A DNA stretch of 64,000 nt from Eledone cirrhosa (lineage: Eukaryota): contig OZ024741.1 in NCBI GenBank assembly GCA_964016885.1, positions 283,278,001-283,342,000 of the forward strand, given 5' to 3'. This document shows, piece by piece, positions 11,956 to 26,106 of the stretch. Every line of letters starts with the position of its first letter. Position 1 is the first letter of the stretch. Under the pieces are notes generated by a model. That model was not told where the DNA came from and did not search any database. It saw nothing but the letters and a program-made list of their open reading frames with translations. The position numbers and the translations under genes are program-made.

Positions 11956-13292
11956 ATCATCATCATTTTACGTCTGCTTTTCCTTGCTTGCAAGGGTGGG
12001 ACGGGTCCTCTTCAGCACTGCATCTCTCTATTCGTCATTTCCTCAGTGAGCTTCAGCGATATGAGGTCAGCTCCCACCACCTCCACTCATTTCTTTTGTG
12101 GTCTTCCACCGGGATTTCTTGGCAATTTATCTCTCTTATACACAGTTTCACTCTCAACTCATCTATGCTTGGTGGTTCATGCACATCCATTGGAACACAC
12201 TTCCTTCATTTCTCTCCAGCCTCCGCAGTTGCTGCTCATGTCTCACTACCATACAGCATCGCACATCTCACATAGGCATCATACAACTGACCTTTTGTTC
12301 GTAGGGAGAAACCGTTCATTGTCAACGGAGGAAGCAGTTCCCTAAACTTCTTCCATCCTGTCCTTATTCTAGATACTATGGTCTCAGCGTATCCTCCTCC
12401 CTTGCTAATCCTCCCTTGCTGATCACCTAGATATCGGAAGCTATCAACCACCTCTATAGATCCTACCTGCATTTGAAAAATGTGCCTATCACTGACACTT
12501 CTATCAATTTTCCCTGAACATCTACTACATATGAAGTTTTCCTTTCCTGTTATTTTGCCTGCTATCCCACTACACCACTTGTGTATATTCTATAGAGTTT
12601 GTGCCAATGCCTTTTATATGTATTGAGCATGGCCATTTCCCTGATGGAATCAGAGTCTTGTCCTCTTTCCTTCTTATCAACCCTTTAGTCTTTGCTAGGT
12701 TCACTCTCAGTCCCCTTGATTCCAACTGCTGTTTCCACAGCCGGAATTTATTCTCTAGCTCCTCTACTGCTTCTGCTATAAGTACCAGATTGTCAGCATA
12801 GAGAAGTGCCTATGGGAAGCCAGTCTTAAACTCCTCTGTTATGGCTTGGAGAACTATGATAAATAAGAGTGGGCTGAGGACCAAACCCTGATGAACTCCT
12901 ACTTGTATCTCGAATTCCTCACTAAACTCCATTCATACTCTCACTTTACTGTACATAGCCATTCCTCTATATCTAGTTTCCTTAGGGACCACCAGATGAC
13001 AGATTAGGGTACTCTATCGAAGGCCTTCTCTAGGTCAACAAAAGCTAAATATAGTGGCTTATTCTTCTCAAAGAACCTCTCCTGTAGTTGCCTCACTAAG
13101 AAGAGGACATCTGTTATACTTTTGCCAGACACAAAACCAAATTGCATCTCATCTAGTTTGACTCTTTCTCTAATTAGTTGTGCTAACACTGTCACTTTCA
13201 TAAACTAATCCATTAGTTTTATGCCCCTATAATTGCTCCTCTACATAGCATCCTCTTTACCTTTGTTGCAATTAACAAGAATACTGCTGCAT
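11956..13292 (-). mobile_element. 5'-truncated RTE LINE copy (short-3'UTR subfamily)
   Basis: Minus-strand ORF fragments DEMQFGFVSGKSITDVLF...DLEKAFDRVP and VDSFRYLGD...MLYGSET; CAT-repeat tail at 11956. Confidence 0.88.
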
Positions 13293-13295
13293 CAG

Positions 13296-13339
<44 letters not shown>

Positions 13340-14887
13340 GGCTGGTCTTCCTAATGCAAACCATTTCACAGTATGTATCAGGTGTGTTCTATCATAGCAC
13401 GGTTACTACCACACAATAGGGTGGACTGGGTGATTTTTACTATGGTACCAATATATGTGTGTGTGTGTGTGTGTGTGTGCATTTGTGTGATTATGATGAT
13501 AATTACAATGACAAAACTTACATACTCAAACGCACGCACACATATATAAGAAAAAATACACTTTAAATAATACCAAAAAAAATAGCAACAAAATAAGCAA
13601 TATGTGTCACGTTAGCTTTTTATTTTTATTTTCTTTGCATATACAATATATAGAAATATATTTTATTTAACAGAAATACAAAAAAACAGACAAATATGTA
13701 AATTAAAGCATATAATAATAATAATGGTTTCTTTATTACCCACAAGGGGTTTCACATAGAAATACAGTAATTGTTATAAACACAGGGGTTATAATACATT
13801 TGTGGCTGGACAAAATTATATAAAATCGTGGGTAGGTGTAAGGGCGTCATACAATAGGCAGATAAATTTGATAAAACACAAAGTATAAAATGTTTATAAA
13901 ACTCACAATAATAATAATAATAATAATTGTTTCTATTTTAGGCACAAGGCTAGCAATTTGAAGGGGAGGGAAAGTCGATTAAATCGACCCCAGTGCATTA
14001 CTGGTGCTTTATTTATTGACCCTGTAAGGATGAAAGGCAAAGCTAGCCTCGGCGGGATTTGAACTGAGAACATAAAGGGCCATAATTTTATGCTGCAAAG
14101 CATGTTGACTGATGCTCTATCAATTCTGCCAATCCACCACACAATAACAATGGTATCTGATTTAGGCACAAAACCAACAATTTTGAGGGGAGAGGAAAGT
14201 CAATTAAATCGAGCCCAGTGCATTATTTGTACTTTATTTTATCGACCCCGTAAGGATCACAGGCGAAGATAACCTCAGCAGGATTTGAACTCAGAATGTA
14301 AAGGTCCATAACTAAATATTGTATCTGATGCTCTAACAATTTCTGCTAATCCACTGCCATAATAAAAATATTAATCATTTTGAGCATACATAAAAGAAAA
14401 TTTGTCAGAATGGGTTAATCAATTAAATCTCCCCAGTATTTGACTGGTACTTTATATTATTGACCCAGGAAGGATGAAACATTTTTACCAAGGCTGGATT
14501 CGAACTCAGAACATAAAAGGCCATAGTTAAACACTGCAAAGCATTTTGACCAATGCTCTAATAATTCTGCCATAAAAAATACCAAAACCTCCTTCAAAAC
14601 AAAGCATAGCCCCTGCTATAAAATAAATATCAAAGCCCCCTTCAAGACAAAGCGTAGTCTTTGCTATATAATAAATAACAAAACGCCCCTCAAAATAAAG
14701 CTTATAATAAGTTGAAATTTAGAATTAATAGAATAGAATACAAACTATTTCAGATTATCAGTCTTGAAAATATAGAAAACATTGCATTGCTTGTATTATC
14801 TTTGTGCTTAGTTTTACGTTGTGTGTGTGCATGTGTGAATGCATGTGTATATACACATACATATACGCACACATTATACACACACAC

Positions 14888-14967
<80 letters not shown>

Positions 14968-15317
14968 CACGATAAATTAACGGAGCCATAGACCCTCGCC
15001 ATTCCCTGTAAATAATGTGCTCAAATGAGAAGAAATCCTGAGCTCTTTAAAATACAATATGTTGAAAAGTAACACACTAGAGAGAGATATACTGTGCGCT
15101 GTCAACAATTTACTGGCGAAACAGATCTCTTTAAATTTGTACGTGTGTTATATAGTTATAGAGGTATTTATTTACGCTTTAATTTATATTTTTAATTATC
15201 GTGTCTATAGTCTGCCTTTCATAGGTTATAGATTCCATACATTGGTGGTTTTTCCCTGTTTTATTGATAGCGTACTGTATCTCTCTCTAGTGTGTTACCT
15301 TTTCAACATATTGTATT

Positions 15318-15380
15318 ATATATATATATATATATGTATTTATATATGTATTTATATATATATGTATTTATATATATATG

Positions 15381-15457
<77 letters not shown>

Positions 15458-15641
15458 GTATGTATATATATATATATGTATGTATATATATATATGTATG
15501 TATATATATATATGGATATATATATATATGTATGTATATATATATATATGGATATATATATATATATGTGGATATATATATATATATGTGGATATATATA
15601 TATATATGTGTATATATATATATATATGTGTATATATATAT

Positions 15642-15683
<42 letters not shown>

Positions 15684-15740
15684 GTGTATATACATATATA
15701 TATGTGTATATATATATATGTGTATATACATATATATGTG

Positions 15741-15821
<81 letters not shown>

Positions 15822-16110
15822 GTATATATATATGTATATATATGTATGTATATATACATGTATGTATATATATATGTATGTATATATGTATGCATATATA
15901 TATATGTATATATATATGTATGCATATATATATATATGTATGTATTTATATATATATATATAAATACATATATATATGTATTTGTATATATATATATATA
16001 TAAGGTGTGTGTATATATGTATGTGTATATGCATATGTACATATATATATATATATATGTGTGTATGTGTGTGTGTGTATGTGTATATGTACATATATAT
16101 AATGTGTGTG
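15318..16110. repeat. Compound (TA)n/(TATG)n microsatellite
   Basis: Seen directly. Confidence 0.95.
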
Positions 16111-17624
16111 TATATGCACATAGGGGGAGGGGGGTCACGATGACAATGACTATTTAAGACCTGAGATTACAATGCAGGTTTGACTTCTAAATAGTTGAAT
16201 ACGGGCTGTCTCGTAGCATACACGAAAGGATAAATGAACACTGGTAAGAAGTCCAAGATGGGAAGAACTCATCAGTACTCCACCAACATACCAAAATGGA
16301 ACATGGGGGCACACTAGAGAACATAGAAATAAAAATAATATCCACACACAGAAAAAGATGCAATGCTCCGACAGATTACAGAAGCAACAAACAAACTAAC
16401 TCCAACCAAAATTAAACAGAAAACATTAGTGGAATAGCAACAATATCACAACTAGTAATTAAGGACAAGATAAAGACATACAGAGATACATAAGAACCAA
16501 ACTAATTAAGGATGAGATAAAGACATACAGACACACACAGCTAGAACAAGCAACCAACTAGTGGCAAGCACATAAATATATAAATAAATAAATGAATTAA
16601 AATCACACACACGCACCTGGATATAATGCATGCACAGCCCTAATACACAGCACAAAACACACAAAAATAAAATGGTGTAGGACAGAACAAAGGAGAGACA
16701 AAAAATGACAAATTAGTCACTGAGGAGATCACAGAATGTGATGAAAGAGTTTTGACAATATATAAAGAACAATCCAATTAAAATTTGTAATAAATTGAAG
16801 TGAAAACCAGCAGGTGTGTGTGTTTTCATTGGCAGCATGACCACCCACCCCTACCCCAAAGTATTTCAATATATATATATATATATATACACACAGACAC
16901 ATATATATATGCATACACATACATGCATATACACACATAAATATATATACATATATACATATGTATACATATACTCACATATATGTGAGTGTGTGTGTGT
17001 GTATGCATATGTGTGCATGTATTGGACCTTCGTCTGTTCAGAGGACGAGTGTTCCAGTTGTTGGACAAACAGAACAAGCTGCTCATGAAATTAATATACC
17101 ACAGACACATGCACCCTTGACGTAGTTCTCTGGCAGATTCACTGTGACATGGCTGGCCCTTTGCCAAATTAGTGGACTGGAGTAATGTGAAATAAATTGT
17201 CTTGCACAAGGAGTCAACACACCACCAGGAATCGGACCCATAACTTTATGGTTATTAACTGAAACCTGTAACCATTAAGCCACATCCCTTCACACTTCAG
17301 CATAGTCTCTTAAACTATAGACACCACAAGGTGTATTGCCCTCCTTTATTATAGCTTACTTACGGCCTTTTATAGACACTTTTATCACATGTACATACAC
17401 ACACACATACACATTCACATATAAGCATCCTGGTCTTCAGAATACACACACACATAATAATAATAATAATAAATATTTCATGAATTTAAGAACATTTCTC
17501 TGTGCAAAAGTTTAGCAAAGGGCTCAATGAAATAGAAAAAAAAACATTTGAGAGCAATATTATATATATATATATATATTTAAAAAAATCTAAAGTCTGT
17601 CTTAAGCCAGAAGGCTGATTTGGC

Positions 17625-17869
17625 TAGTGCTTATCCCGGTTTCATGGTATGAAGTAACTGAGAGTACAAGACTCCCCACTGGACAGGGCAGCAGTCTATC
17701 GCAGGGTTAAACCCCCAGCTATTGCTGGTACTCATTTTCAACTGAGTATACGGGAGCAATGTGAAATGAAGTGTTTTGCTCAAGAACACAACACGCAACC
17801 CAGGAATCGAACCCACAACATTATGATCGTAAGTCCAACACCCTTACCACTAGGCCACGTGCCTCCACT
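17625..17869 (-). mobile_element. tRNA-derived SINE (A box TGGCCTAGTGG, B box GGTTCGATTCC); related copies at 17170-17295, 25528-25660, 34230-34330, 46545-46640, 60778-60900
   Basis: Pol III boxes followed by the shared body tgttgtgttcttgagcaa.acactt.atttcacattgctcc. Confidence 0.78.
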
Positions 17870-18003
17870 ATATATATATATATAAAAAGAGAGAAGAATA
17901 AGTAGATATAGATATATACAATTATTCATATATATATATATATATATATATATAGATAGATAAAGAAAGAAGAATAAGTAGATATAGATATATACAATTA
18001 TTC

Positions 18004-18044
<41 letters not shown>

Positions 18045-18387
18045 ATAAGTAGGATCAAAGTCACTGTTGTAGCATACATATATATATACATTATTGGCTA
18101 TTACACATATAAACTCACATATCTAATAAAATGTTAACGAAGACTTGGGCCCCGGTCATTATGATTGTACTCTGAGCTGATCGATATTGAAATAATTGTC
18201 AAATACCAATAAAGTTTATATATATGCTACAACAGTGACTTCAATCCTACTTACTTTATTTACACTCTGCACACTACAGTTGCCTTAACTTTGGAATACA
18301 ATGCAACACGAGATCAACCATTATTACAGCATTGAGTGCTTTGAACAGCACACTGCCTTTAACTGTAGTTACACACTTAACTAACAG

Positions 18388-18420
<33 letters not shown>

Positions 18421-19147
18421 CATACACCCATACACACAAACTCCAGGTTTTAATACCACAATAAACAAGTGGAAAATGGAGCCAATGCTGAAATAAGACA
18501 TGTTGCAGTATTTGCAGTCAGCTCCTCAAATGCTTTTCAGGGCTCAAAAGTCGTCTAAGATCTCACACTGGGAAAGAGCAATTATAGGTACAAAATGAGA
18601 TTAAGCTCTGCAAGGAACAGACAACCACCTTATATATACATACACACATATATATATATATCCTATATTATCCTATAATCAATTACAACAGTGACATATA
18701 CATATACTAAAGTTTTGTTGAGTTGTTAACTCTAACTCATTCAGTCTGTTATATTAAAAAAAATGTGGAGGCCATTTTTTTTTTTATTATGACAGGCTGA
18801 ATGAGTTGGGATAAACAACCCAACAAAACTTAAGTACCTGTATATGTCACTGTTGTAATTGATTTTATATAACTTGACTGGGTGTTCTAAACTCTTGAAT
18901 ATTTATACCAAGTTTGTAGTACAATATATATATATATATACCATTGTGATCCTGTCTCTATTTGTACTCCTGAAAAAGGGCTTAAGCTTGACACATCAAA
19001 CTTTCTTTCCTCTTTCCAATATAAAGCGTGATGTCTCCTTGAACTATATATTAGTATAGTTAATATGAAGCATTGTGAAATATGCTGCATATCTCACAAT
19101 GCTTCATATTAACTTATTAGTTATTTATTACGCACACACACACATAT

Positions 19148-19150
<3 letters not shown>

Positions 19151-19234
<84 letters not shown>
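19151..19234. repeat. (GA)n microsatellite
   Basis: Seen directly. Confidence 0.95.
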
Positions 19235-19237
<3 letters not shown>

Positions 19238-22200
19238 ATGAATATTAGATCTGCTGTTCCAGGTTGGATGAAGGCTGGAGCTTATCTTGGTTTCATGAGG
19301 CATTAATTCTGTCATATGTCTAACCTACAACTACAACTACAACTACTGCTGTTAGTCATTTTTAGCTGAGTCAAACAGAGCCCAACCCAGTTTGGAAATT
19401 GACCACACAACCTTATGATTGTGAGCCCAATACCCTAACCACTGGACAACATATGTCTTCACAGTAGATACATTATGTCATTTTTAAATTTAAAAAAATT
19501 CACATTGAGTATCCTTTTTATTTATTATCTATGATACTGTATATCCTTTTTCTATTAAAACATTCCACACTAAATATCTCTTTTGTTCTTCATATCATAT
19601 CTGACATCTTTTTTATACAATGCCCTACACATTCAATATCTTTTATTCTTAGTTATGTCATATCCCTTTTATACAACAATAGTCAACATGTTGAATGTCA
19701 TTTGTACACAAAATCTTAAATATTGAGTATATTTTGTATATGACATCTTAGATAATGCATATCACATGTGCTAAAAAAATCTGGCATATTCAATATCATT
19801 TAGATATATAATTCAGTATATTAAAAAATCTTTGTACAGAAAATTTTCCATATATATTGCATAGTGTTAATAGATATTGTATATCATATGTTCTTGGACC
19901 ATGTATGCATACACACACATATATATATATATATCTCACCCACTCAAAACAGAGATTTCATGTAATACCTTTTTATACATTATATTATTATAATATTATG
20001 ATATACATTATAATATTATTATTATATTAAAGTATATCTTTTTATAGATTATCCATTCATCAGATCAGTTGAATGAGTTCTTTCGGAATTTCAGATAATC
20101 ATTTCATTAGTGCAATACACTAGCACTCTAGCAACACTGTCACAATACTATAGCAGTACTCTCATAGTACTATGGCAGTACTATAATAGTATTATAGTAG
20201 TACTATGGCAGTACTATAACAGTATTATAGTAGTACTGTGACAGTACTATAACAGAACACATAGCAGTATTATAGTAATACTATAATGGTACTATGGTAG
20301 TGTCATAAGAATATTATAACATTACTATAGTAGGACTATAGCAGTAACAAAAAGTGCTGTGTAAAAAAATCTATTGCCCATGTGATACACTGCAGGTATT
20401 ATGGGGTATATATTCCCTTTTCCCATTAGCAGTTTCCCCTACTCCAGAGTCTTATGATACACAGAACAATGAGATATAGATTGAAAGTGGGGTTGCTGTT
20501 AAAAGGGGTTTAGAAGCTGAGATTATTATTTCAATAACTCTTAACGTCCTGTATAACATTAAATGGCATTAGCAAGACATTCTTGGAAATTACAAAACTT
20601 TGCTATGCATGCATTATGTTGAATATTATTGTCTTTCTTCTAAGACTGCAAATTTTCACACCAATCTGTCCACTAGAAAATATACTACAAACATTTGAAT
20701 TGATAAACTTGTTTTAGATATTCAAATAGCTGAACAGTATCTATACTGTTGCAATGTTCTCATTTTGTTCAGGGAGTTCTTTAATATATTTTCTGGTAAA
20801 TCATTACAGGATACTAAGAGTATATTTTCACAAAGATCTGTTAACTAGTGAATATACTATAAACATTTGAATTAACAAACCTATTTATTATTTTATCATA
20901 TTTTTTAAATCATTACAGGATGTTAAGAGTTAAATACAAAAAGAAAAAAAAACTCTTTCTTGTGAGATGATTCCACTTTAACCTGAGAATTGAGCCCTAT
21001 CCCTCTTGTCCCTGAGTCACAATGGTAGTGAGGGGACATTATTGGACTGATGTAATAAACCAGTTGTTAATATGGTAGAGAGTTAACGGTAGGGTTAAGG
21101 ATAGGAAAAGGGTTTGGGAGGATTTGAAAGCCAGCTTCTGTAAAAACCAACTGTTGTTGTTGTTGTTATTGTTCTTTGTATAGCTGAAGTTCATGCTTGA
21201 TCAAGTAGACTGTCCTGTCAATTTGTTCTTCAAGACTACATTATCTAATATGTCATTCCCTTTTGAAAGATGGCAGAATGTGATTGGAGGCAGATTTTTC
21301 TAGCAAGTGGAGTAAATGTATTGAGACTCCCTTTGATGTCATATTATTCATGGTGATGGTGGTGCTTGTAATGATGCTGGCATTGTTGTTGTTGGGGGTG
21401 GTAATGGTATAGTTGTTGATGGAGATGGTGTTGTGTTATCATTGTTGATGGTACAGATGGAGGTGGTGGGAGTGATGTTGGCATTGTTGTTCCTGTTGTT
21501 GTCGTTGATACCAATAGCACCACCACCAGGTGGTGCTATTGGTATCATTGCTGTATTCTTGTTGATGGTGGTGATGGTCATGTTAGCATTGCTTTTGTTG
21601 TTGTTGATTGTGGTGGCAGTGGTGGTATTGTTGTGATACTGTTGTTGTTAGAGGTGATATTGGTTTTGATGTATATATAATGGTTGTTGTTGTTGTTGTT
21701 GATGATGATGGTGTTGGCAGTGGTAGTAATGTTGTTGTTGTTGGTAGTAATGTTGACATTAATGTTGGTATATGTGATGGTTTTTGTTGTTTTTGTTTAC
21801 TCTTTTATGTTAGAAATCCTTATAATTCGCCAAATTCTTCTCATTGTCGACAGTTGTGGTCAATAACATTTTATTGTTGTAGTGTAACTCCAGATGAGCC
21901 CTGATGCAGCACAGGAACAAGAGTTTGATGTTTCAAATGACCCTTATTACTAATACTACTATTGCTACTGTCATGTTACTGTGGTTTCATCACCCAGAGC
22001 AACAATCATTATTGTCTTCATTATTATTATCACCATCACCATCATTATCATACAAATCGTCATCACCAACATTATCATACTGATCATCATCACCATCTTT
22101 ATCATACTTTATCATCAACACCATCATCATAGTCGTCATCATCATCATCATCACCACCAGTACTATTATTAACTCATTCTCCTCATCATCACCAACATTA

Positions 22201-22706
22201 TCATCCTCATCATTATCACCACCAGTAATATTATTAACTTCATCTTCCTCATCATCACCATCATTTTGTCCAGTTGTGTTCCCTCCTCATCAACATCATC
22301 ATCATTTTTGCTAAATTTAACATTATTTATCATTAATATTCTAGCCTCCCCCTCCTGCCCTTCATTATCACCCCCATCATCACCATCATCATCATCACCA
22401 CCATTATCAGTATCGATATATTACATAGGCACAAGACTGGTGTGGGATGTATACACCTCTCCGCTCTCAGTACACAACCCATACTTATTTATTGACCTTT
22501 GTGGGATTTGAACTCAAAGATGAAGGTTTGTCTTTAAATACCTCAACACATTTTATCTGTAACTTTAGCAACTCTGCTAACTCCTCACTTTCTCAACAAC
22601 AATAACAACAGTAACAATAATAATAATGATACAACCCTATTCCATCCGTATTTGTCTCCCATCCTCAATAAATACCCCCAACCATTCAACAAGTTGTTCA
22701 TCAATT

Positions 22707-23287
22707 TTAACCAGTGAACCCCTCGGGACAGCTGTCCCCTTGTATGACAGTTACTACAGTGTCCTGATCAGGAGCCCTAGATGAGCTTTCTTTACTTGAC
22801 GGCTTTCGGTGGAAGAAACCCTGCATCAAAGGTTTGGAACTGGTACCTTTCTCTGTCTCACCTGGCAAGTCTCCAATGACCTCATTATGGTCAGTGGTAC
22901 CGCCATTTTGAAGGTCGTGAGAAACGGTGCCATCTGTATCACTAGCTATCTTGACAACAGCTGTCTTTGCCTTGCCAATGGTCATGGTTGCCGTACGCTG
23001 GGCTCGATCACTGATCACATTCATAGTTTGTTTGGCCTTTTTAATTGTGCGTGAAAAGAACTGAACGGCTACATTGATGCACATTGACACCAAAGAAAGA
23101 CCAAAGAATATGTAGATGGAAGAGAGCAGAAAGAACTTGGAATGGGCTGGTACAATGTCTCCGAGGCCGATGGTACTGAGTGAGATAAATACGAAATAAA
23201 ATGCCTCCAGATAACCCCACTCTTCCCAAGACTTAAACATCAGGGTCCCTAAGAAAATGTAGACGACTAGGATGATGGCAGCAATGC
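22707..23287 (-). CDS. K2P channel last coding exon (M3, P2, M4, C-terminal tail)
   Basis: Acceptor cccccag|GC ATT restores FNLPMG-IAAIILVVYIFLG; contains WGYLEAFYFVFISLSTIGLGDIVP and M4 YIFFGLSLVSMCIN; stop TAA at 22707-22709. Confidence 0.93.
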
Positions 23288-24539
23288 CTGGGGGTGGCAT
23301 TAACATGAGTGGCAGCAGTGGAGAAACAGCAGCAGCCCCAGAAGCAGAGCACCATCAGCATCCACACCAACAGCATCAGTAAAATTGCAGCAGCAGCAAC
23401 ATCATCAAAACAACAGTAAATATCAGACAATGGATGGAGGACGTCATTGGTACATGAAGAAGAAAAAGAAGAAGAAAAAAAACAGAAAGAATAAATAATG
23501 CTCTACATATTCTGCTAATAACAACAACAACAATAATAATAATGGTTTCTGATTTAGGGACAAGGCCAAAGATTTTGTGGGAAAGGGAAAGTCGATTAAA
23601 TCGACCCCTGTGCATTACCGGTACTTTATTTTATCACTGAAAACTGCTCTGTGAAATAGACCAGCCAATACATTAAACAGAAGGGATGAAACAAACAATA
23701 CACCCCAACAAAGAAAAGAAACAACTTTCTCAGTCGATTGCATCTGTCGAATACATTTGAAAAATAAAAATAAAACAAAAACTAAATAAATAAACAGTTA
23801 AGGGCTATTTCCCATAACAAAATATTTTCAGAGTTACTTCCCTTGAAACAATGTGAGTGGGTAAGAAAGAAATTAATACTGTTAAAAGGAAGGGGAATAA
23901 CCCTTGGCTTGGCTGTACGTATATCTCAACTGCGCCCTGGCGATAGGATGGCAAAAGCATTGCCGTAGAAAACAGCCAGCAACAACCACGACATCAACCA
24001 TTCCATCTCACAGGATTACTTTCTCAGACAGGATGGTCTTCTCACAATTTTGTATAGAATAAATGGCAACTAGCACGAAAAGGAAAAATTTGGTCAAGTC
24101 TCCTCTGGCTGCAATAACCACAGTGATGAAGTTGGAATCAGAAAATGAGTCACAGCATTTGGCATCCCAGATTATGATTTATCCCAATCAAACGGGAAAA
24201 GGAATGTCCTGTCTAGGCAACTACTGTCATCATTGAGGCTCCTACTGATGACAACACTGAAGGCAGTGTTGCTGAGGGAACTGACCTGTATTTGTGCGTA
24301 GGAGAGAGAGAGAGTAATAATAAAGGGAGGTTATAGAAACTGTGGGAGGGAGTTAAGGTCATTCCAAGGGATGCAATTAGGATATTCCCTGGCAGTATGA
24401 AATAATCAATTATCTAAAAATCCAGATTTCATAAGCCTGTGATTGATATTGTAGTATGTAATGTATCGAAACATGTTAGAATTACCAATAATTATTAATA
24501 AATGATATACTGAACAGCCCTTGACTATCTATCTATCTA

Positions 24540-25140
24540 TCTGGATGTGTAATATACGTGAATGGCAAAGCATAAACAAACTGAGAGAGAAACTAAGCAT
24601 AAGAACGAGATGCAGGGTGCAGGAAAAGAGATTGCGTTGGTATGGATATGTGATGTGTATGAAGGATGACAGCTGTATAAAATGGTGCAAAGCGTTCAAA
24701 ATTGATGGAAGCTATGGAGTGGAAAGACCTAGGAAGACTTGGGATGAGTTGATAAAAGCTGACCTTGCACAATTGCACCTCTCAAAGGTAATGACACGGG
24801 ACCGTGATCTCTGGCTCTATGCAGTAATACAGATGACCCACCTTCCCATATGCAGGGGCTGAGGCATACATCTAGTATGCACCACCTTCCCTCCCATACA
24901 CCTCCCACATTGTAATCACCCAACCCACATCCTAACACCCTACCCCTAAATCTACTTCTCCAATTCCACATTCATCTCCCCCACACAAATCTCCAAGCCA
25001 CACTATAAAGTGGTCCTCTTAGTGCCACGATAATGAGCACTGAGTTCACACTGTAAAATGGTCGTGCAGCTGTCATGATAAAAGGCACTCAGCCCACACT
25101 GTAAAGTGGTCATGTAAGAGTCATGATAAAAAGCACCCTT
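24540..25140 (+). mobile_element. RTE LINE 3' fragment
   Basis: RLRWYGYVMCMKDDSCIK..RPRKTWDELIKADL followed by the 3' UTR ~45-bp repeats. Confidence 0.82.
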
Positions 25141-25171
25141 TTCTTTAAACACTTTCCTTAAATATATATAA

Positions 25172-25395
25172 AAGAGGAGAAAGAGGTAAGCTGGACATGC
25201 TCACTGACATACAGATGTGATGCTGCACTCAGTGGTCCTGTGGGAGCCTCTACACTGACACACAAGAAGAGGGAGACCAAGGATGCCATAAGGACAGACA
25301 CTGGTCTCTGGGAGACATAGGATATGGCGGCAATGATGAAGGACAGAGACCGCTGGGAAGAACTCGTACATGGATCTCGGGAATTTTACCCACCT
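25172..25395 (+). mobile_element. 3' fragment of a different RTE-like LINE family
   Basis: Degenerate VVLWEP..RRGRP..DTGL..AAMMKDRDRW C-terminal pattern. Confidence 0.5.
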
Positions 25396-25438
25396 TATAT
25401 ATATATATGTATATATACATATTATATATACACACACA

Positions 25439-25469
<31 letters not shown>

Positions 25470-25493
25470 TTATATATATATACACATACACAT

Positions 25494-25532
<39 letters not shown>

Positions 25533-26106
25533 GTTAGAGCATTGGCCTTGCAATCGATAGGTTGTGAGTTCAATTCTCAGACCGGGTGATGTGTTGTTTC
25601 CTTGAGCAAGACACTTTATTTCACATTGCTCCAGTTTACTCAGCTGTAGAAATGAGATGATAGGGACTGGGGTCCCTATCATTCCACTGCAAAGTGGTCG
25701 TGTAGGTGCCACGGAAAAAAAGCACCCAGCACTCACTGTAAATGAGGTTGGTGTTAGGAAGGGCATCCAGCTGTAGAAATCAAGCCAGAATCAGTTCCCA
25801 TCCCACCCTTGCAAGCAGGGAAAAGCGGACGTAAAATAATGATGATGATGATGATGATATATATATATATATGCACACACACAAATGAAAAAAATCACCA
25901 AGATTTAATACATTAGTACATTGATTTACTTACACAATAGCTAGCTATCTACCTATCTCTTTCAGTTTCCCTATCTCCCTACCCGTTCGTTTTATATTAT
26001 TATGATGTTTAGGGCAGGGTATTGGCAGTATCGGTAAGGGACCGGATGACATGCTGTGTAGCATAGAGTTGCAGCTCTTTACATTCTGATTTCAAATCCC
26101 ACTGAG

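Noticed and set aside
16136-16215. Hammerhead-like arrangement
   Set aside because: Better explained as one long imperfect hairpin; core nucleotides do not fit.
17790-17869. tRNA gene
   Set aside because: A/B boxes are present but the acceptor stem is incomplete and it continues into a repeated SINE body.
21344-22400. Hydrophobic and His-rich short ORFs
   Set aside because: Translations of degenerate trinucleotide repeats.
24245-24282. CTGATGA followed by a hairpin as a hammerhead
   Set aside because: No GAAA after the stem and no stem I/III pairing.
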